Assembly: GCA_049840735.1 (NCBI GenBank)
Contig: JASGJN010000017.1
Location: forward strand, 224,001 to 288,000
Direction: 5' to 3'
DNA from: Anaeromyxobacter sp.
GTDB taxonomy: Bacteria > Myxococcota > Myxococcia > Myxococcales > Anaeromyxobacteraceae
Length of the DNA: 64,000 nt
Shown: in pieces, positions 33,700-45,115 of the stretch
Layout: the number at the start of each line of letters is the position of its first letter
How positions within the stretch are numbered: position 1 is the stretch's first letter
Notes under the pieces: generated by a model
Databases searched by the model: none
What the model saw: the letters and a program-made list of their open reading frames with translations, nothing else
Told to the model about the DNA's origin: nothing
Made by a program: the position numbers and the translations under genes

Positions 33700-35046
33700 G
33701 CCATCCTCGGCGACGGCTGCACCCGCACATGCATCGCCGAGGTGTGCGGCGACGGCGTGATCCAGCCCGCCCTCGGCGAGCAGTGCGACGACGGCAACGC
33801 CGCGGCCAACGACGGCTGCGGCGCCACCTGCCACGTCGAGTTCTGCAGCGACGGCATCGTCCAGACCAGCGAGCAGTGCGACGACGGCAACGGCACCTCC
33901 GGCGACGGCTGCAGCCCCGCCTGCCTCTCCGAGCGGTGCGGCGACGGGACGGTGGAGCTCGCGCTGGGCGAGGAGTGCGAGGACGGGAACGCGGCCACCG
34001 GCGACGGCTGCGACGCCACCTGCCGCGCCGAGCCCTTCCAGACCACGGCGCCGGTCGCGGCGACCAACAGCGCAGGCTGCTCCACCATGGGCCTGGGCGC
34101 CGCGGAGTCCATCGGAGTGAGCGACAACGGTGCGATCGCCCTGCTCATGGCCTGCGGCACCCAGCCCGGGTTCGCCACCAGCAACGACAGGGGCAGGTCG
34201 GTCACCGGGTGGAGATGGACCGGGACGCTCCCCGGGGGAGCGGTGGTCCAGGCAGGCGTGGGCGGCGGGCGCAGCGGCTACGCCTACGGGGTCTACGTCA
34301 CGGCCGATGGCGGCCTCTACCCGATCCAGCTGGCGGCAAGCGCTGGCGGCGCGGCCCTCTGCCTGGGGCCGGTCGCGACCACCACCGACCCGGCCGCTGG
34401 CGCGCCCGTCGTGGCCTTCGGCGACACCTTCTACGTGGGCTACCGCACCGCTCCCGACATCGTCGAGATCGGCCGCGGGGGCCGGAGCGCGTTCACGAGC
34501 TGGACCAGGACCGCGGCGGACCTCCAGGCCGGGGCCTTCGGCCTGGCGCTCGACGCGCGCAACGACACCCTGGTGCTGGCGGCCGACGGCGGGATGATGC
34601 GGACCAGCTCGGACCGCGCGGCGACCTTCGCGCCGGCCCTCGGGATCCCGCCCACCGTCCACTCGGGCTTCGCCGCGAGCGCCGGGATGCTCACCGTGGC
34701 CGGCACCAACCCAGGCAGCTCCCTGTTCCGGGTCCCGATCGCCGCTCCCGATCAGTGGACGACCGTCCCCGGGCTGCCAGGCCTGACCATGCCCGCCGTC
34801 CCCGCGGTCAAGGGCCGGCACGTGGTCGCCGACCGGAGGGGGAACGTCTACATCCTCACCACGACCGACGAGGGCGTGACGCAGCTGCTCCGGCTGCCTG
34901 CGGGCGCGAGCGCGTTCGATGCGCCCCGCCTGCTGCCTTCGGACGCCATCAACCCTACCCTGGCCCCGCTCCCCAACAGCCAGGGCGTGGCCGTCGCGTA
35001 CACGCGCGCCGGGAGCGTCTGGGTCACCGTGCAGACGTACCCGTAG
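31594..35046 (+). CDS. Paralogous lipoprotein: 7 Ig repeats + 5 DUF4215 repeats + divergent head
   Basis: SLAC lipobox; colinear with 28271..31420 at offset 3323; BNR-like SNDRG, SSDRA. Confidence 0.87.
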   Translation: MRQPSAARSRLALPLLALAGSLACGGDPSAPSALTYAANPVTYTVGVEIGESAPTHLGGSADAYTVTPALPAGITLDARTGVLSGTPTVAAARASYVVTARGPGGSTSTTLVVTVVDSPPRHLAYAQNPARYTAGLAIEPNALIQQGGAALSVSVSPELPPGLTLDPATGTISGTPTVISPAATYTVTAHNSGGEASVELVLAVNDQAPANLAYALNPAVYTVGSAIVANAPASEGGAVTGYEVFPPLPDGLALDPVTGVVSGTPTTVTPAGTYLVTASNSGGSTTAELGLTVNDVPPSQLAYAVNPLVATVGQAVSDLASAQGGPVLTWTALSALPAGLSVDALTGEVRGTPTAITPAGVYTVVASNSGGAASVDLGLTVNDVPPSALVYAQNPATYTRGVAIAANTPSHAGGAVVSYAVSPALPAGLSLDTGTGAITGTPTAITAAATYTVTATNTGGQTSAAVSITVNDQAPTGLAYAVNPAVHTLGAAIAPNTVTAGGGAVLSWAIAPTLPAGLAFDTATGAISGTPTALAPQAAYTVTATNTGGTASVDLSLTVNDVPPSGLTYALNPATYQATIAIGDNTPTVSGGPVTSWSVEPPLPAGLTLDAATGVLSGTPEAEAAQATYTVTATNSGGSTATGLTLTVRPAPFCGDGSVDAGEACDDGNTVANDGCNATCQAEVCGDGVVQPGIGEQCDDGNAILGDGCTRTCIAEVCGDGVIQPALGEQCDDGNAAANDGCGATCHVEFCSDGIVQTSEQCDDGNGTSGDGCSPACLSERCGDGTVELALGEECEDGNAATGDGCDATCRAEPFQTTAPVAATNSAGCSTMGLGAAESIGVSDNGAIALLMACGTQPGFATSNDRGRSVTGWRWTGTLPGGAVVQAGVGGGRSGYAYGVYVTADGGLYPIQLAASAGGAALCLGPVATTTDPAAGAPVVAFGDTFYVGYRTAPDIVEIGRGGRSAFTSWTRTAADLQAGAFGLALDARNDTLVLAADGGMMRTSSDRAATFAPALGIPPTVHSGFAASAGMLTVAGTNPGSSLFRVPIAAPDQWTTVPGLPGLTMPAVPAVKGRHVVADRRGNVYILTTTDEGVTQLLRLPAGASAFDAPRLLPSDAINPTLAPLPNSQGVAVAYTRAGSVWVTVQTYP

Positions 35047-35149
35047 TCACCAGCCCGCAGGGTCCGGCGGGTCACCGCCGGACCCTGGCCGCGCCCGAAC
35101 GCCGGGTCACCTTCCTGCGGTAGGATCCTCGCCACCTCGGGGATCCACC

Positions 35150-36187
35150 ATGCACCGCACCTGGCACACCACCGTCGTCGGCCTGGCCGCCGGCGCGCTC
35201 CTCGCCGCGACCCTCACCGCCCTGGCCCTGCCCCGCGTGGCGCCGCCGGCCGAGCGGGCCCGCTGCGACGCCTTCCACACGCTGGCCTGCTTCGACGCAG
35301 CGCGGATGAAGGCCGACGTGGCCGAGCTCGCCTCCCCGCGCCTCGCCGGCCGCGCCGCCGGGACGCCGGAGAACGAGGCCGCGGTGACGATGCTGGAGCA
35401 GCGCCTCCGGGCCGTGCTCGCGCCGGTACCGGGCCTGCCCGGCTACCGCTTCACCTCGGAGGACGGCCGCTGGAGGGAGGGCCAGTTCCAGGTGGTGTCC
35501 TACGACAACCTGGTGGGCGTCCTCCCGGGCAGCGATCCCGCGCTGCGCGACCAGGTGCTGATCCTCTCCGCGCACCTGGACGGCCAGGGCCGGACCGCCG
35601 ATGGGCGCCTCCTGCCCTCCGCCGATGACGATGCCTCCGGGACGGCGGTGGTGCTGGAGCTGATGCGCGCGGTCGCGGCGAGCCCCACCCGGCCGCGGCG
35701 GACCCTGCTCTTTGCCCTCTGGAACGGCGAAGAGCGCGGCATGGCCGGCTCCTGCGACTTCGTGCTCAGCGGGCGGCAGCTCCCACTCGACGCCATCACC
35801 GCGGTCTTCAACCTGGACATGGTGGGCGGCGACGCGCCCGGCATGGACCTGTGGGGTGGCTACGACCACCCCTGGTTCATGAGGCTGGCCGGGCGGGAGG
35901 CGGCGGAGAACGGGCTCCGCTGGCCGATCACCTCGCTGCCGGGAGAGGACCGGTCGGACCAGGCCTGCTTCCGGACGCAGGGGGTCCCGGCGTTCATGAT
36001 CACGTCGCCGGGGAACCCGGATGGCCGCGCCCACTACCACCAGCCCAGCGACACGGCGGAGCGCGTGCCGCGGGAGTCGCTGGAGGCGGCCGCGATGCTG
36101 GTCTGGGCGACGGTGCGGCCGCTGGCGATGGGAGAGGAGACGCCGCCGCGGAGGGAGGCGCCGGTGCGGGGGGCGCCGAGGGAGTGA
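35150..36187 (+). CDS. Secreted M28-family metallopeptidase
   Basis: SAHLD, SADDDASG, GEERG, NLDMVG, RSDQ, YHQPSD. Confidence 0.9.
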   Translation: MHRTWHTTVVGLAAGALLAATLTALALPRVAPPAERARCDAFHTLACFDAARMKADVAELASPRLAGRAAGTPENEAAVTMLEQRLRAVLAPVPGLPGYRFTSEDGRWREGQFQVVSYDNLVGVLPGSDPALRDQVLILSAHLDGQGRTADGRLLPSADDDASGTAVVLELMRAVAASPTRPRRTLLFALWNGEERGMAGSCDFVLSGRQLPLDAITAVFNLDMVGGDAPGMDLWGGYDHPWFMRLAGREAAENGLRWPITSLPGEDRSDQACFRTQGVPAFMITSPGNPDGRAHYHQPSDTAERVPRESLEAAAMLVWATVRPLAMGEETPPRREAPVRGAPRE

Positions 36188-36189
36188 CC

Positions 36190-36225
36190 AGAAGAAACGG
36201 GCGGCCCGCTCGCGCGGACCGCCCG
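36190..36225 (-). terminator. Probable rpsA terminator
   Basis: CGGGCGGTCCGC-GCGA-GCGGGCCGCCCG followed by TTTCTTCT on the minus strand. Confidence 0.65.
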
Positions 36226-36249
36226 CTGGAACAGCTTCGCGATTCCTGG

Positions 36250-36299
36250 CCTTCGACTCCGGGCGCGCTGGAGGCGCGCCCTACGCTCAGGCCGAACGG
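36250..36299 (+). repeat. Solo REP-like element
   Basis: CCTTCGACTCCG-[GC hairpin]-CTACGCTCAGGCCGAACGG; same family as 40387 and the 55.1-55.9 kb array. Confidence 0.85.
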
Positions 36300-36314
36300 A
36301 GCGCGCGGCCGGCG

Positions 36315-38021
<1,707 letters not shown>

Positions 38022-38253
38022 TCGGTCAGGCCAACCTTTTCTTCGGGAAGCGCCAGCGCTCGAGGCGGGACCGTCCGGAGGGACGTGCGGGGAGCGACGG
38101 CGTTGCCACTGCAACCCCCTGGTCTGGTTTTCCGTGCGGCGCCCCGGGGAACGAGGGCGAGGCACGCGTCAGGGAGAAGCCCCCGACAACGCTCCTAGAA
38201 TACGGAGGACGCGCAAGCTACACGTCCGATCCGAGGTGGTCAAGGCGCTCAGA

Positions 38254-39090
38254 TCAGGGGAGCCGGCGCAGCCAGGCGGCCACCCCTTCGATCACCCAGT
38301 CGGGCGTCGAGGCGCCCGCGGACACCCCCACCACCTGGCATCCGCCGAACCAGGCAGTCTCCAGCTCCTCCTCGGTCTCCACGTGCAGGGTCCGGGGCTG
38401 GATCTCGCGGCGAATCTCGGCGAGATGTCGGGTGTTTGCGCTGTTCTTGCCCCCCACGACCACCACCGCGTCCACCTCCCGGGCGAGCGCGCGGGCGTCC
38501 GCCTGGCGCTGCTCGGTGTCGTCGCAGATGGTGTTCACGGCCCGGACCTCCATGTGGCGGAGGGCCAGGGCGCCGACCACGCGCTCGAACTCCGCCCCGA
38601 TGCAGGTGGTCTGGGCCAGCACGGCCACCTTCTTGGCCTTGAAATCAGGCACCGGCTCGCCCGGCTTCACCACCGTGACCGGCCCCTCGGCGTGGGAGAT
38701 GACGCCCTTGATCTCTGCGTGGTTGGCGTCGCCCACGATGACCAGGTGGTAGCCGTCGGCGGAGAGCCGCCGCGCCATGGCCTGGGGGAAGATGACGTAG
38801 GGGCAGGTGCCGTCCACCAGGTCCAGATCGCGCGTCTTGGCGCGGGCGAACTGGTCGCGCACCGCGCCATGGGTGCGGACCACCACGGTGGTCCCCTGCT
38901 CCACCTCGTCGATGTCGGAGACGGTGCGAATCCCCTTCTCCTGGAACCGCGCCACGACCTGCGGGTTGTGGATGATGGGCCCCAGCGTGACCACTGGCCC
39001 CTTCGCCTGGTCGGCGACCTCCATGACCTTGTCCACGGTCCGCCGCACGCCCCAGCAGAACCCGGCCGTCCTCGCGATCTTCACGTCCAC
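38254..39090 (-). CDS. ispH: 4-Hydroxy-3-methylbut-2-enyl diphosphate reductase
   Basis: AGFCWGV, IIHN, RTHG, DGTCPYV, QTT, NTIC, SANT, AGASTP. Confidence 0.95.
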   Translation of the reverse strand: MDVKIARTAGFCWGVRRTVDKVMEVADQAKGPVVTLGPIIHNPQVVARFQEKGIRTVSDIDEVEQGTTVVVRTHGAVRDQFARAKTRDLDLVDGTCPYVIFPQAMARRLSADGYHLVIVGDANHAEIKGVISHAEGPVTVVKPGEPVPDFKAKKVAVLAQTTCIGAEFERVVGALALRHMEVRAVNTICDDTEQRQADARALAREVDAVVVVGGKNSANTRHLAEIRREIQPRTLHVETEEELETAWFGGCQVVGVSAGASTPDWVIEGVAAWLRRLP

Positions 39091-39208
39091 GGCGCTCGTA
39101 TATAACGTGAACCGTCCGGCGGGCCACCCGGGGAGCCCCTGAGGGCGCCGGTCACGAAGCCGCGCCCCCGCCCTCCCAGGTCAAGGCCGCCGAGATCCCG
39201 GAGGTCGC

Positions 39209-40375
39209 ATGCGCGCCACGCTCGCCGCGCCCCTGCTCGCCCTGGCCTGCCTGGCCGGGTCCACCTCGGCTGCCGCGCAGGACATCCCCCTGCAGGGCTT
39301 CGTGCTCCGCTCCAAGGTGCTCGGCCAGGAGCGGAAGATCATGATCTGGACGCCGCCGGGCTACGAGCGGAACGTGCGCGGCTACCCGGTGCTCTACCTG
39401 ACCGACGGCCCGGCCCAGCTGCCGCTGGTCGCGACCACGGTGGACTTCCTGGCCCGGCATGGCCGGATCCCGGACCTGATCATCGTGGGCATCGCGCCGG
39501 GCGACCGGACCCGCGAGCTCGCACCCTCTCCGGGCGGCGCCGAGGGGTTCAAGGTGGACGAGGCCGGCGCCCCCGCGTTCCTCTCCTTCATCGAGACCGA
39601 GCTCATCCCCTGGGTGGCGGCGCGCTACCGCACCGGCCCGTTCAAAATCCTGGCCGGGCACTCCATGGGCGGCCTCTTCGCGCTCCACGCGCTCGCGGCG
39701 CGCCCGGGGCTGTTCCAGGCCGTCCTGGCCGTCTCGCCAACCCTCAGCTGGAACGAGGACGAGCCGGCCCGCAAGCTCCGCGCGCTGGTGGCCGCCCAGC
39801 CGGCGCTCAAGGCGACGGTGGTGGTGACGCTGGGCGACGAGGGCCCGGCCCTGGCCCGGCAGCTGGAGGCGGTGCGGGAGGCGATGAAGCAGGCGGGACC
39901 GGATCTGCGCTTCGCCGCCCTCCAGCAGCCCGGTGAGGACCACGCCACCACGCCCTTCGGCGGCTTCTACCAGGGGCTCAAGTTCGTGTTCGACGGCTGG
40001 CGCATGCCCTTCCCGTCCAGCGACACCGGCCCGAAGGGCGGCCTGCCGGCGCTCAAGGCCCACTACGACGCGCTCTCGAAGCGGCTGGGCTGGCCGGTCA
40101 CGCCGCCGGAGCTGATGGTGAACCTGGCCGGCTACCAGCAGCTGCGGGACGGCAACGCCGCGGCGGCCATCGCCACCTTCCAGCAGGAGCTCCTCTGGTA
40201 CCCCGACAGCGCCAACGCCCACGACTCGCTGGGCGAGGCGTTCGAGAAGGCGGGGCAGCTGCAGGACGCGCGGCGGGAGTACCGGGCGGCCTGGCACGCC
40301 GGCGAGCAGCTGGGGGACCCGGCCACGCCCGTCTACAAGCAGCACTTCGAGCGGCTGGGCGGGCCGGTGGAGTGA
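39209..40375 (+). CDS. Secreted alpha/beta-hydrolase (IroE-like esterase) with C-terminal TPR
   Basis: YPVLYLTDG, GHSMGG, EDH, YPDSANAHDSLGEA. Confidence 0.85.
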   Translation: MRATLAAPLLALACLAGSTSAAAQDIPLQGFVLRSKVLGQERKIMIWTPPGYERNVRGYPVLYLTDGPAQLPLVATTVDFLARHGRIPDLIIVGIAPGDRTRELAPSPGGAEGFKVDEAGAPAFLSFIETELIPWVAARYRTGPFKILAGHSMGGLFALHALAARPGLFQAVLAVSPTLSWNEDEPARKLRALVAAQPALKATVVVTLGDEGPALARQLEAVREAMKQAGPDLRFAALQQPGEDHATTPFGGFYQGLKFVFDGWRMPFPSSDTGPKGGLPALKAHYDALSKRLGWPVTPPELMVNLAGYQQLRDGNAAAAIATFQQELLWYPDSANAHDSLGEAFEKAGQLQDARREYRAAWHAGEQLGDPATPVYKQHFERLGGPVE

Positions 40376-40386
40376 GCTGCGCGTGG

Positions 40387-40437
40387 CCTTCGACTCCGGG
40401 CCCGCCTGGCGGCGGGCCCTACGCCCAGGCCGAACGG
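40387..40437 (+). repeat. Solo REP-like element
   Basis: CCTTCGACTCCGGGCCCGCC..GGCGGGCCCTACGCCCAGGCCGAACGG between convergent genes. Confidence 0.85.
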
Positions 40438-40465
40438 AGGGGAGCTCCGGCCGGCCCGGGGCTCA

Positions 40466-41141
40466 TCAGGTCTTCTCGCCCACGAACTTCTCGCGCTCGT
40501 CCTTGAACAGGAGGTTGAAGGTGGTGAGCGAACCGTAGCAGCGGGTGACGTACTGCTGCAGCTCCACCTTGTCCGCGTCGGAGAGCTTGTCGTGGCCGTT
40601 GAGCTTCTGCTCCAGCACGCGGAGCCGGTCGCGGATCATCACGATCTTGTGGAACAGGCTGTCGAGCGGGATCTCCTTGGCCGCCGTGGCGGCGTCGCCC
40701 GGCTTGAGCACCACCGTGCCGCCTTCCCACCTGGGCGAGAGGCGGACCGGGGTCCCCTCCTCGCGCAACGCCTCGCGGATGGCCTGGGCGAACTCCTCGC
40801 GCGTCATGTCGGTCAGCTCCTCGGGCAGCGGCGCGCTGGGGGCGCGCGGGGCGTGGCCCTCGACAGGCCCGGGGCGGGCGGTCTCGGGCTCGCCGGGGCG
40901 GTGGATGCAGCGGGGACGTGGGGCGCGGGTTGCGCCGGCGCTCGACCTCGGCCGGCGGCGCCGAGGGCACGGCCTGGTCGCGGGAGAGGTAGCGCTCGCA
41001 GCGGGGGGCGGTGCCGGGGAAGTGGCCGGTGCGGACCGCGAGGCGGCACGGGCCGATGGGGCCACGCTCGTCCTCGAGGATGGGCCGCCAGAGCCGGCAG
41101 GTCCCGCACTCCTTCGGCCCGTAGGTGCGCTCCTCGCTCAC
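40466..41141 (-). CDS. Hypothetical protein with N-terminal 4-Cys motif (apparent insertion at ~40907)
   Basis: CGTC..GPC..PRC N-terminus; C-terminus KEIPLDSLFHKIVMIRDRLRVLEQK..YGSLTTFN in another frame. Confidence 0.75.
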
Positions 41142-41845
41142 GCGCCGCGCTCCGCCAGCCGCGCCTCGACCTCGCCGGCCAGGGCCTCGACCACCGCCTC
41201 CAGCGGGCTGCCGCTGGTGTCCACCACCACCGCGTCCGAGGCCGGCTTGAGCGGCGCGATCTCGCGCTCCGAGTCGTTGCGGTCGCGCTGGAGCTGGTCG
41301 GCCAGCACCTGCTCGAAGGTGGCCGGATCGCCCTTGCCCTGCAGCTCGGCGTGCCGCCGGCGGGCCCGCTCCTCCGGGCTGGCCACCAGGAAGAACTTGG
41401 CGTCTGCGTCGGGGAAGACCACCGTCCCGATGTCGCGCCCCTCCAGCACCGCGCCGCGGTTCTCCGGCGCCAGCGCCAGCCGGCGCTGCAGCTCCAGCAG
41501 CCCGGCGCGCACCACCGGCCGCGCCGAGACCTTGCTGGCCCCGAGCGACATGGGCGGGGTGCGGATCTCCTGCGAGACGTCCTCGCCGCCCAGCAGCACC
41601 CGCTGCCCGTCGCCCTGCCCGGCCGGCGGGGCGAAGCGGATCTCGAGCCGCGGCAGCAGCGCGCCCAGCGCCGCGTCGTCGTCCAGCGCCAGGCCGGCGC
41701 GGGTGGCCGCCAGCGCCACGGTCCGGTAGATGGCGCCGGTGTCCACCATGGCGAAGCCGAGCCGGGCCGCCACCCGCCGCGAGGCGGTGGACTTGCCGGC
41801 GCCGGCGGGGCCGTCGATGGCCACGATGAACGGGCGCGGGCTCAC
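41138..41845 (-). CDS. cmk: Cytidylate kinase
   Basis: AIDGPAGAGKST, DTGAIYR, EGRDIGTVVFPDA. Confidence 0.95.
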   Translation of the reverse strand: MSPRPFIVAIDGPAGAGKSTASRRVAARLGFAMVDTGAIYRTVALAATRAGLALDDDAALGALLPRLEIRFAPPAGQGDGQRVLLGGEDVSQEIRTPPMSLGASKVSARPVVRAGLLELQRRLALAPENRGAVLEGRDIGTVVFPDADAKFFLVASPEERARRRHAELQGKGDPATFEQVLADQLQRDRNDSEREIAPLKPASDAVVVDTSGSPLEAVVEALAGEVEARLAERGA

Positions 41846-42938
41846 GACGCCGCCAGCACCTTCCGCAGCGCGGCCAGGCACTTCTCGTTCTCCGGCCGCA
41901 GGCCGACGGTGATCCGCTGCGCGCTGGGGAAGCCGTAGCCGCCCATGGGCCGGACCACGACGCCCTCGCGCAGCAGGTCCTCGAAGAGCTGCTTGCCCGG
42001 CTTCCCGGGGAAGTCGGCCAGGATGAAGTTGCCCTGCGACGGCACCACCGTGGCGCCCAGGTCGGCCAGGCCGGCGGCCAGGAACGGCCGCTCCTCCAGC
42101 ACCAGCGCGCGGCTGCGGGCCAGGTGCGCCTCGTCCCCCAGGGCCGCCACGCCGGCCGCCTGCGCCACGTGGTTCACGTTGAACGGGGCGCGCACGCGGT
42201 CGATGAAGTCCACCAGCTCCGGGCGCGCCAGGCCGTAGCCCAGCCGCAGGCCGGCCAGCCCGTAAATCTGGAGAAGGTCCGCAGCACCACCAGGTTCGGA
42301 TACTTCTTCCGGAGCGCCAGCGCATCCTGGTAGCCGGGCAGGTCCACGAACTCGACGTAGGCCTCGTCCAGCACCACCAGCGTGTCCTTGGGGGCGGCGT
42401 CGAGGAAGGGGATGAGCTCCTTCTCGGTGAAGCAGGTGCCCGTGGGGTTGTCCGGGTTGGCGATGAAGACCAGCTTGGTCCGCCGGGACATGAGCTTCTT
42501 GAGCGCGTCCAGGTCGTAGTGGAAGCGCGCCTTCATGGGCGCCTCCATCAGCGTGCGCCCCTGGGCGTTGGACGCGAGCTTGTAGGCGATGAAGGTCTGG
42601 GCGGAGGTGAGCACCTCCTCGCCGTCCAGCACGAAGGTGCGGACCAGGAGCTCGATCAGCTCGTTGGAGCCGTTGCCGACGAAGACCTCGCCCGGCGTCA
42701 CGCCGTAGCGGGCCGCCAGGGCATTGCGCAGGTGGAAGGCGGCGCCGTCCGGGTAGAGGTGCACCTTCTCGAGCGCCTGCCGGGCGGCCGCCAGGGCCAG
42801 CGGCGAGGGGCCGAGGGGGTTCTCGTTGGAGGCCAGCTTGGCGACGTTGGACACGCCGTACTCGCGCTCCACCTCCTCGATGGGCTTGCCGGGGACGTAC
42901 GGGGTGAGCGAGGCGACGTTGGGCGGGACGAGGGCCAT
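41842..42938 (-). CDS. hisC: Histidinol-phosphate aminotransferase (apparent frameshift at ~42268)
   Basis: KLASNENP, GNGSNELI, ANPDNPTG, LDEAY, RTFS(K)IYGLAGLRLGY. Confidence 0.92.
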
Positions 42939-43098
42939 GAGGACGCCCTTTATACCCCGGCCCTCCGACGGCGCGCGACGTCAGAGCCCCGTCCGGCGTG
43001 TGGCGCGGAACGCCGCGCGACACACCCTCACCCCCGTGCGTACCCTGGGGCTGCCCCTGTCGGTCGCAGGCGCCCTCCCTGCCACCGGGGGATGGGCG

Positions 43099-44070
43099 CT
43101 ACTCCTCGACGGTGAAGACGCCCATCGACCGGAACTTGCGGTAGCGGTCCTCGACCAGCCCCTGCGGCGAGAGCTGCTTGAGCTCTCCCAGGTGGCGGCG
43201 CACCGCCTCGGCCACGTTGCGGGCGGTCAGCTCCGGATCGCGGTGCGCGCCGCCGGGCGCCTCCCGGATCAGCTCGTCGGTGATGCCGAAGCCGGCCAGG
43301 TCGCGGGCCGTGAGCCGCAGCGCCTCGGCGGACTTCTGCGCCTTGCTGGGATCGCGGTGGAGGATGGCGCTGCAGCTCTCCGGCGAGATGACCGAGTAGA
43401 CCGAGTACTCGAGCATGAGGACGCGGTTGGCGACGCCCAGGGCCAGCGCGCCGCCCGAGCCGCCCTCGCCGATGACCACGGCGATCACCGGGACCTCGAG
43501 CGACGCCATCACCTCGAGGTTGACCGCGATGGCCTCGGCCTGGCCGCGCTCCTCGGCGCCGATGCCCGGGTAGGCGCCGGGGGTGTCGATGAAGGTGATG
43601 ATGGGACGGCGGAACCGGTGGGCGAGGTCGAAGAGGCGCCGCGCCTTGCGGTAGCCCTCCGGCCGCGGCATCCCGAAGTTCCGGAGCATGTTCTCCTTGG
43701 TGCTCCGGCCCTTCTGGTGGCCCATCACCACCACCGGCTCGCCGTCGAAGCGCGCGAACCCGCCCACGATGGAGCGGTCGGCGGCGAAGCGGCGATCGCC
43801 CTCGATCTCGAAGAAGTCGGTGAAGCAGGCCTGCAGGTAGTCGGTGGTGTACGGCCGGCTGGGGTGGCGGGCCAGCTGCACCGTCTGCCAGCGGCCGAGA
43901 TCGCTGAAGATCTCGTCCTGGAGCCGCCGCGCCTTCCGCTCCAGGCTGGCGATCTCCTCGTGGTAGTCGACCTTGGACGAGCCTCCGGACAGCTCCTTCA
44001 GCTCGGCGATCTTGGCCTCGAGGGCGAGCAGCGGGCGCTCGAAGTCGAGGGCGTAGGCGGGCTTCTGCAC
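43099..44070 (-). CDS. accA: Acetyl-CoA carboxylase carboxyltransferase alpha
   Basis: LDFERP, ARHPSRP, NFGMPRPEGYRKA, GEGGSGGA, YSVISPE. Confidence 0.96.
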   Translation of the reverse strand: MQKPAYALDFERPLLALEAKIAELKELSGGSSKVDYHEEIASLERKARRLQDEIFSDLGRWQTVQLARHPSRPYTTDYLQACFTDFFEIEGDRRFAADRSIVGGFARFDGEPVVVMGHQKGRSTKENMLRNFGMPRPEGYRKARRLFDLAHRFRRPIITFIDTPGAYPGIGAEERGQAEAIAVNLEVMASLEVPVIAVVIGEGGSGGALALGVANRVLMLEYSVYSVISPESCSAILHRDPSKAQKSAEALRLTARDLAGFGITDELIREAPGGAHRDPELTARNVAEAVRRHLGELKQLSPQGLVEDRYRKFRSMGVFTVEE

Positions 44071-44123
44071 CGGGCGCTTATAGCACGGGCCGCCCGCCGC
44101 ACGGCGGGCCGCCGCGGGGCTCC

Positions 44124-45068
44124 TCAGCGCGCGACGACGCGCCGCGCCAGGGCCTCCAGCTCCTCCGGCCCCCGGGGCGGCGCCACCCACACCACCCCGC
44201 GCTCCTTGCGCAGCCGAATCACCTGCCGCCGCGCGTAGCGGCGGTGGGCCACCTGCACCCTGCGGACGGCCTCCGCCTCGGGCAGCGCCCCCTGCACGCA
44301 GGCCGCCGCCTCGGCGTAGCCGATGGGCAGCCGCTCCGGCAGCGCGCCGCCGGTCCGGGCCAGGAGCCCCCGCGCCTCCTCGAGCAGCCCGCCGCGGAAC
44401 ATCTCCACCACGCGCCCGTCGATCCGGGCGTGCAGCGCCTCGCGCGGCGGGTCGAGCGCCAGCAGCGTGGCGTCGTAGCGGTCCGGCTGGAAGGCGTGGG
44501 CGGCGTGCAGGTCGGAGGGCAGCGTGCCGCCCGCCGCGATCTCCAGCGCGCGGACGATGCGCACCAGGTCGTTCTCGCGGATGCGGGCGGCCGCGGCCGG
44601 GTCGAGGGCGGCGAGGCGCGCGTGCAGGGCGGGCCGTCCCAGCGCCGCGGCCTCGGCCTCCAGCCGCGCGCGCAGCGCCGGATCGCGCCCCGGCGCCGCC
44701 ACCACGCCGTGCAGCAGCGTGCGGACGTAGAGGCCGGTGCCGCCGGCCACCACCGGGAAGCGGCCGCGCGCGGCGATGTCTGCGATGGCCTGGTCGGCCA
44801 GCGCGGCGAAGCGGGCCGCGTCCATTCCCTCCCCGGGCTCGACCAGGTCGAGCAGGTGGTGGGGCACGGCCGCGCGCTCGGCCGCGGTGGGCTTGGCGGT
44901 TCCCACGTCCAGGCCGCGGTAGACCTGCTGCGAGTCGGCGTTGACAATCTCGCCCCCCAGCCGCCGGGCCAGGGCGACGGCCAAGGCCGTCTTGCCCGAG
45001 GCGGTGGGGCCGGCAATCACCAGCAGCCGCTGGCGCGGTGCGCCGCTCCTGTCGAGGTCGTCCGACAC
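44124..45068 (-). CDS. miaA: tRNA dimethylallyltransferase
   Basis: GPTASGKT, NADSQQVYRGLDVGTAKP, GGTGLY, IGY, YARRQ. Confidence 0.95.
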   Translation of the reverse strand: MSDDLDRSGAPRQRLLVIAGPTASGKTALAVALARRLGGEIVNADSQQVYRGLDVGTAKPTAAERAAVPHHLLDLVEPGEGMDAARFAALADQAIADIAARGRFPVVAGGTGLYVRTLLHGVVAAPGRDPALRARLEAEAAALGRPALHARLAALDPAAAARIRENDLVRIVRALEIAAGGTLPSDLHAAHAFQPDRYDATLLALDPPREALHARIDGRVVEMFRGGLLEEARGLLARTGGALPERLPIGYAEAAACVQGALPEAEAVRRVQVAHRRYARRQVIRLRKERGVVWVAPPRGPEELEALARRVVAR

Positions 45069-45115
45069 GGCGGCATGGATACCAGGGAACGGGCCGGGGC
45101 GCACCGCCCGCGCCG

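Noticed and set aside
31486..34821. 1111-aa minus-strand ORF
   Set aside because: Antisense shadow of a high-GC gene
28271..35046. Diversity-generating retroelement or integron
   Set aside because: No reverse transcriptase or integrase; differences are not adenine-specific; the hairpins lack attC core sites
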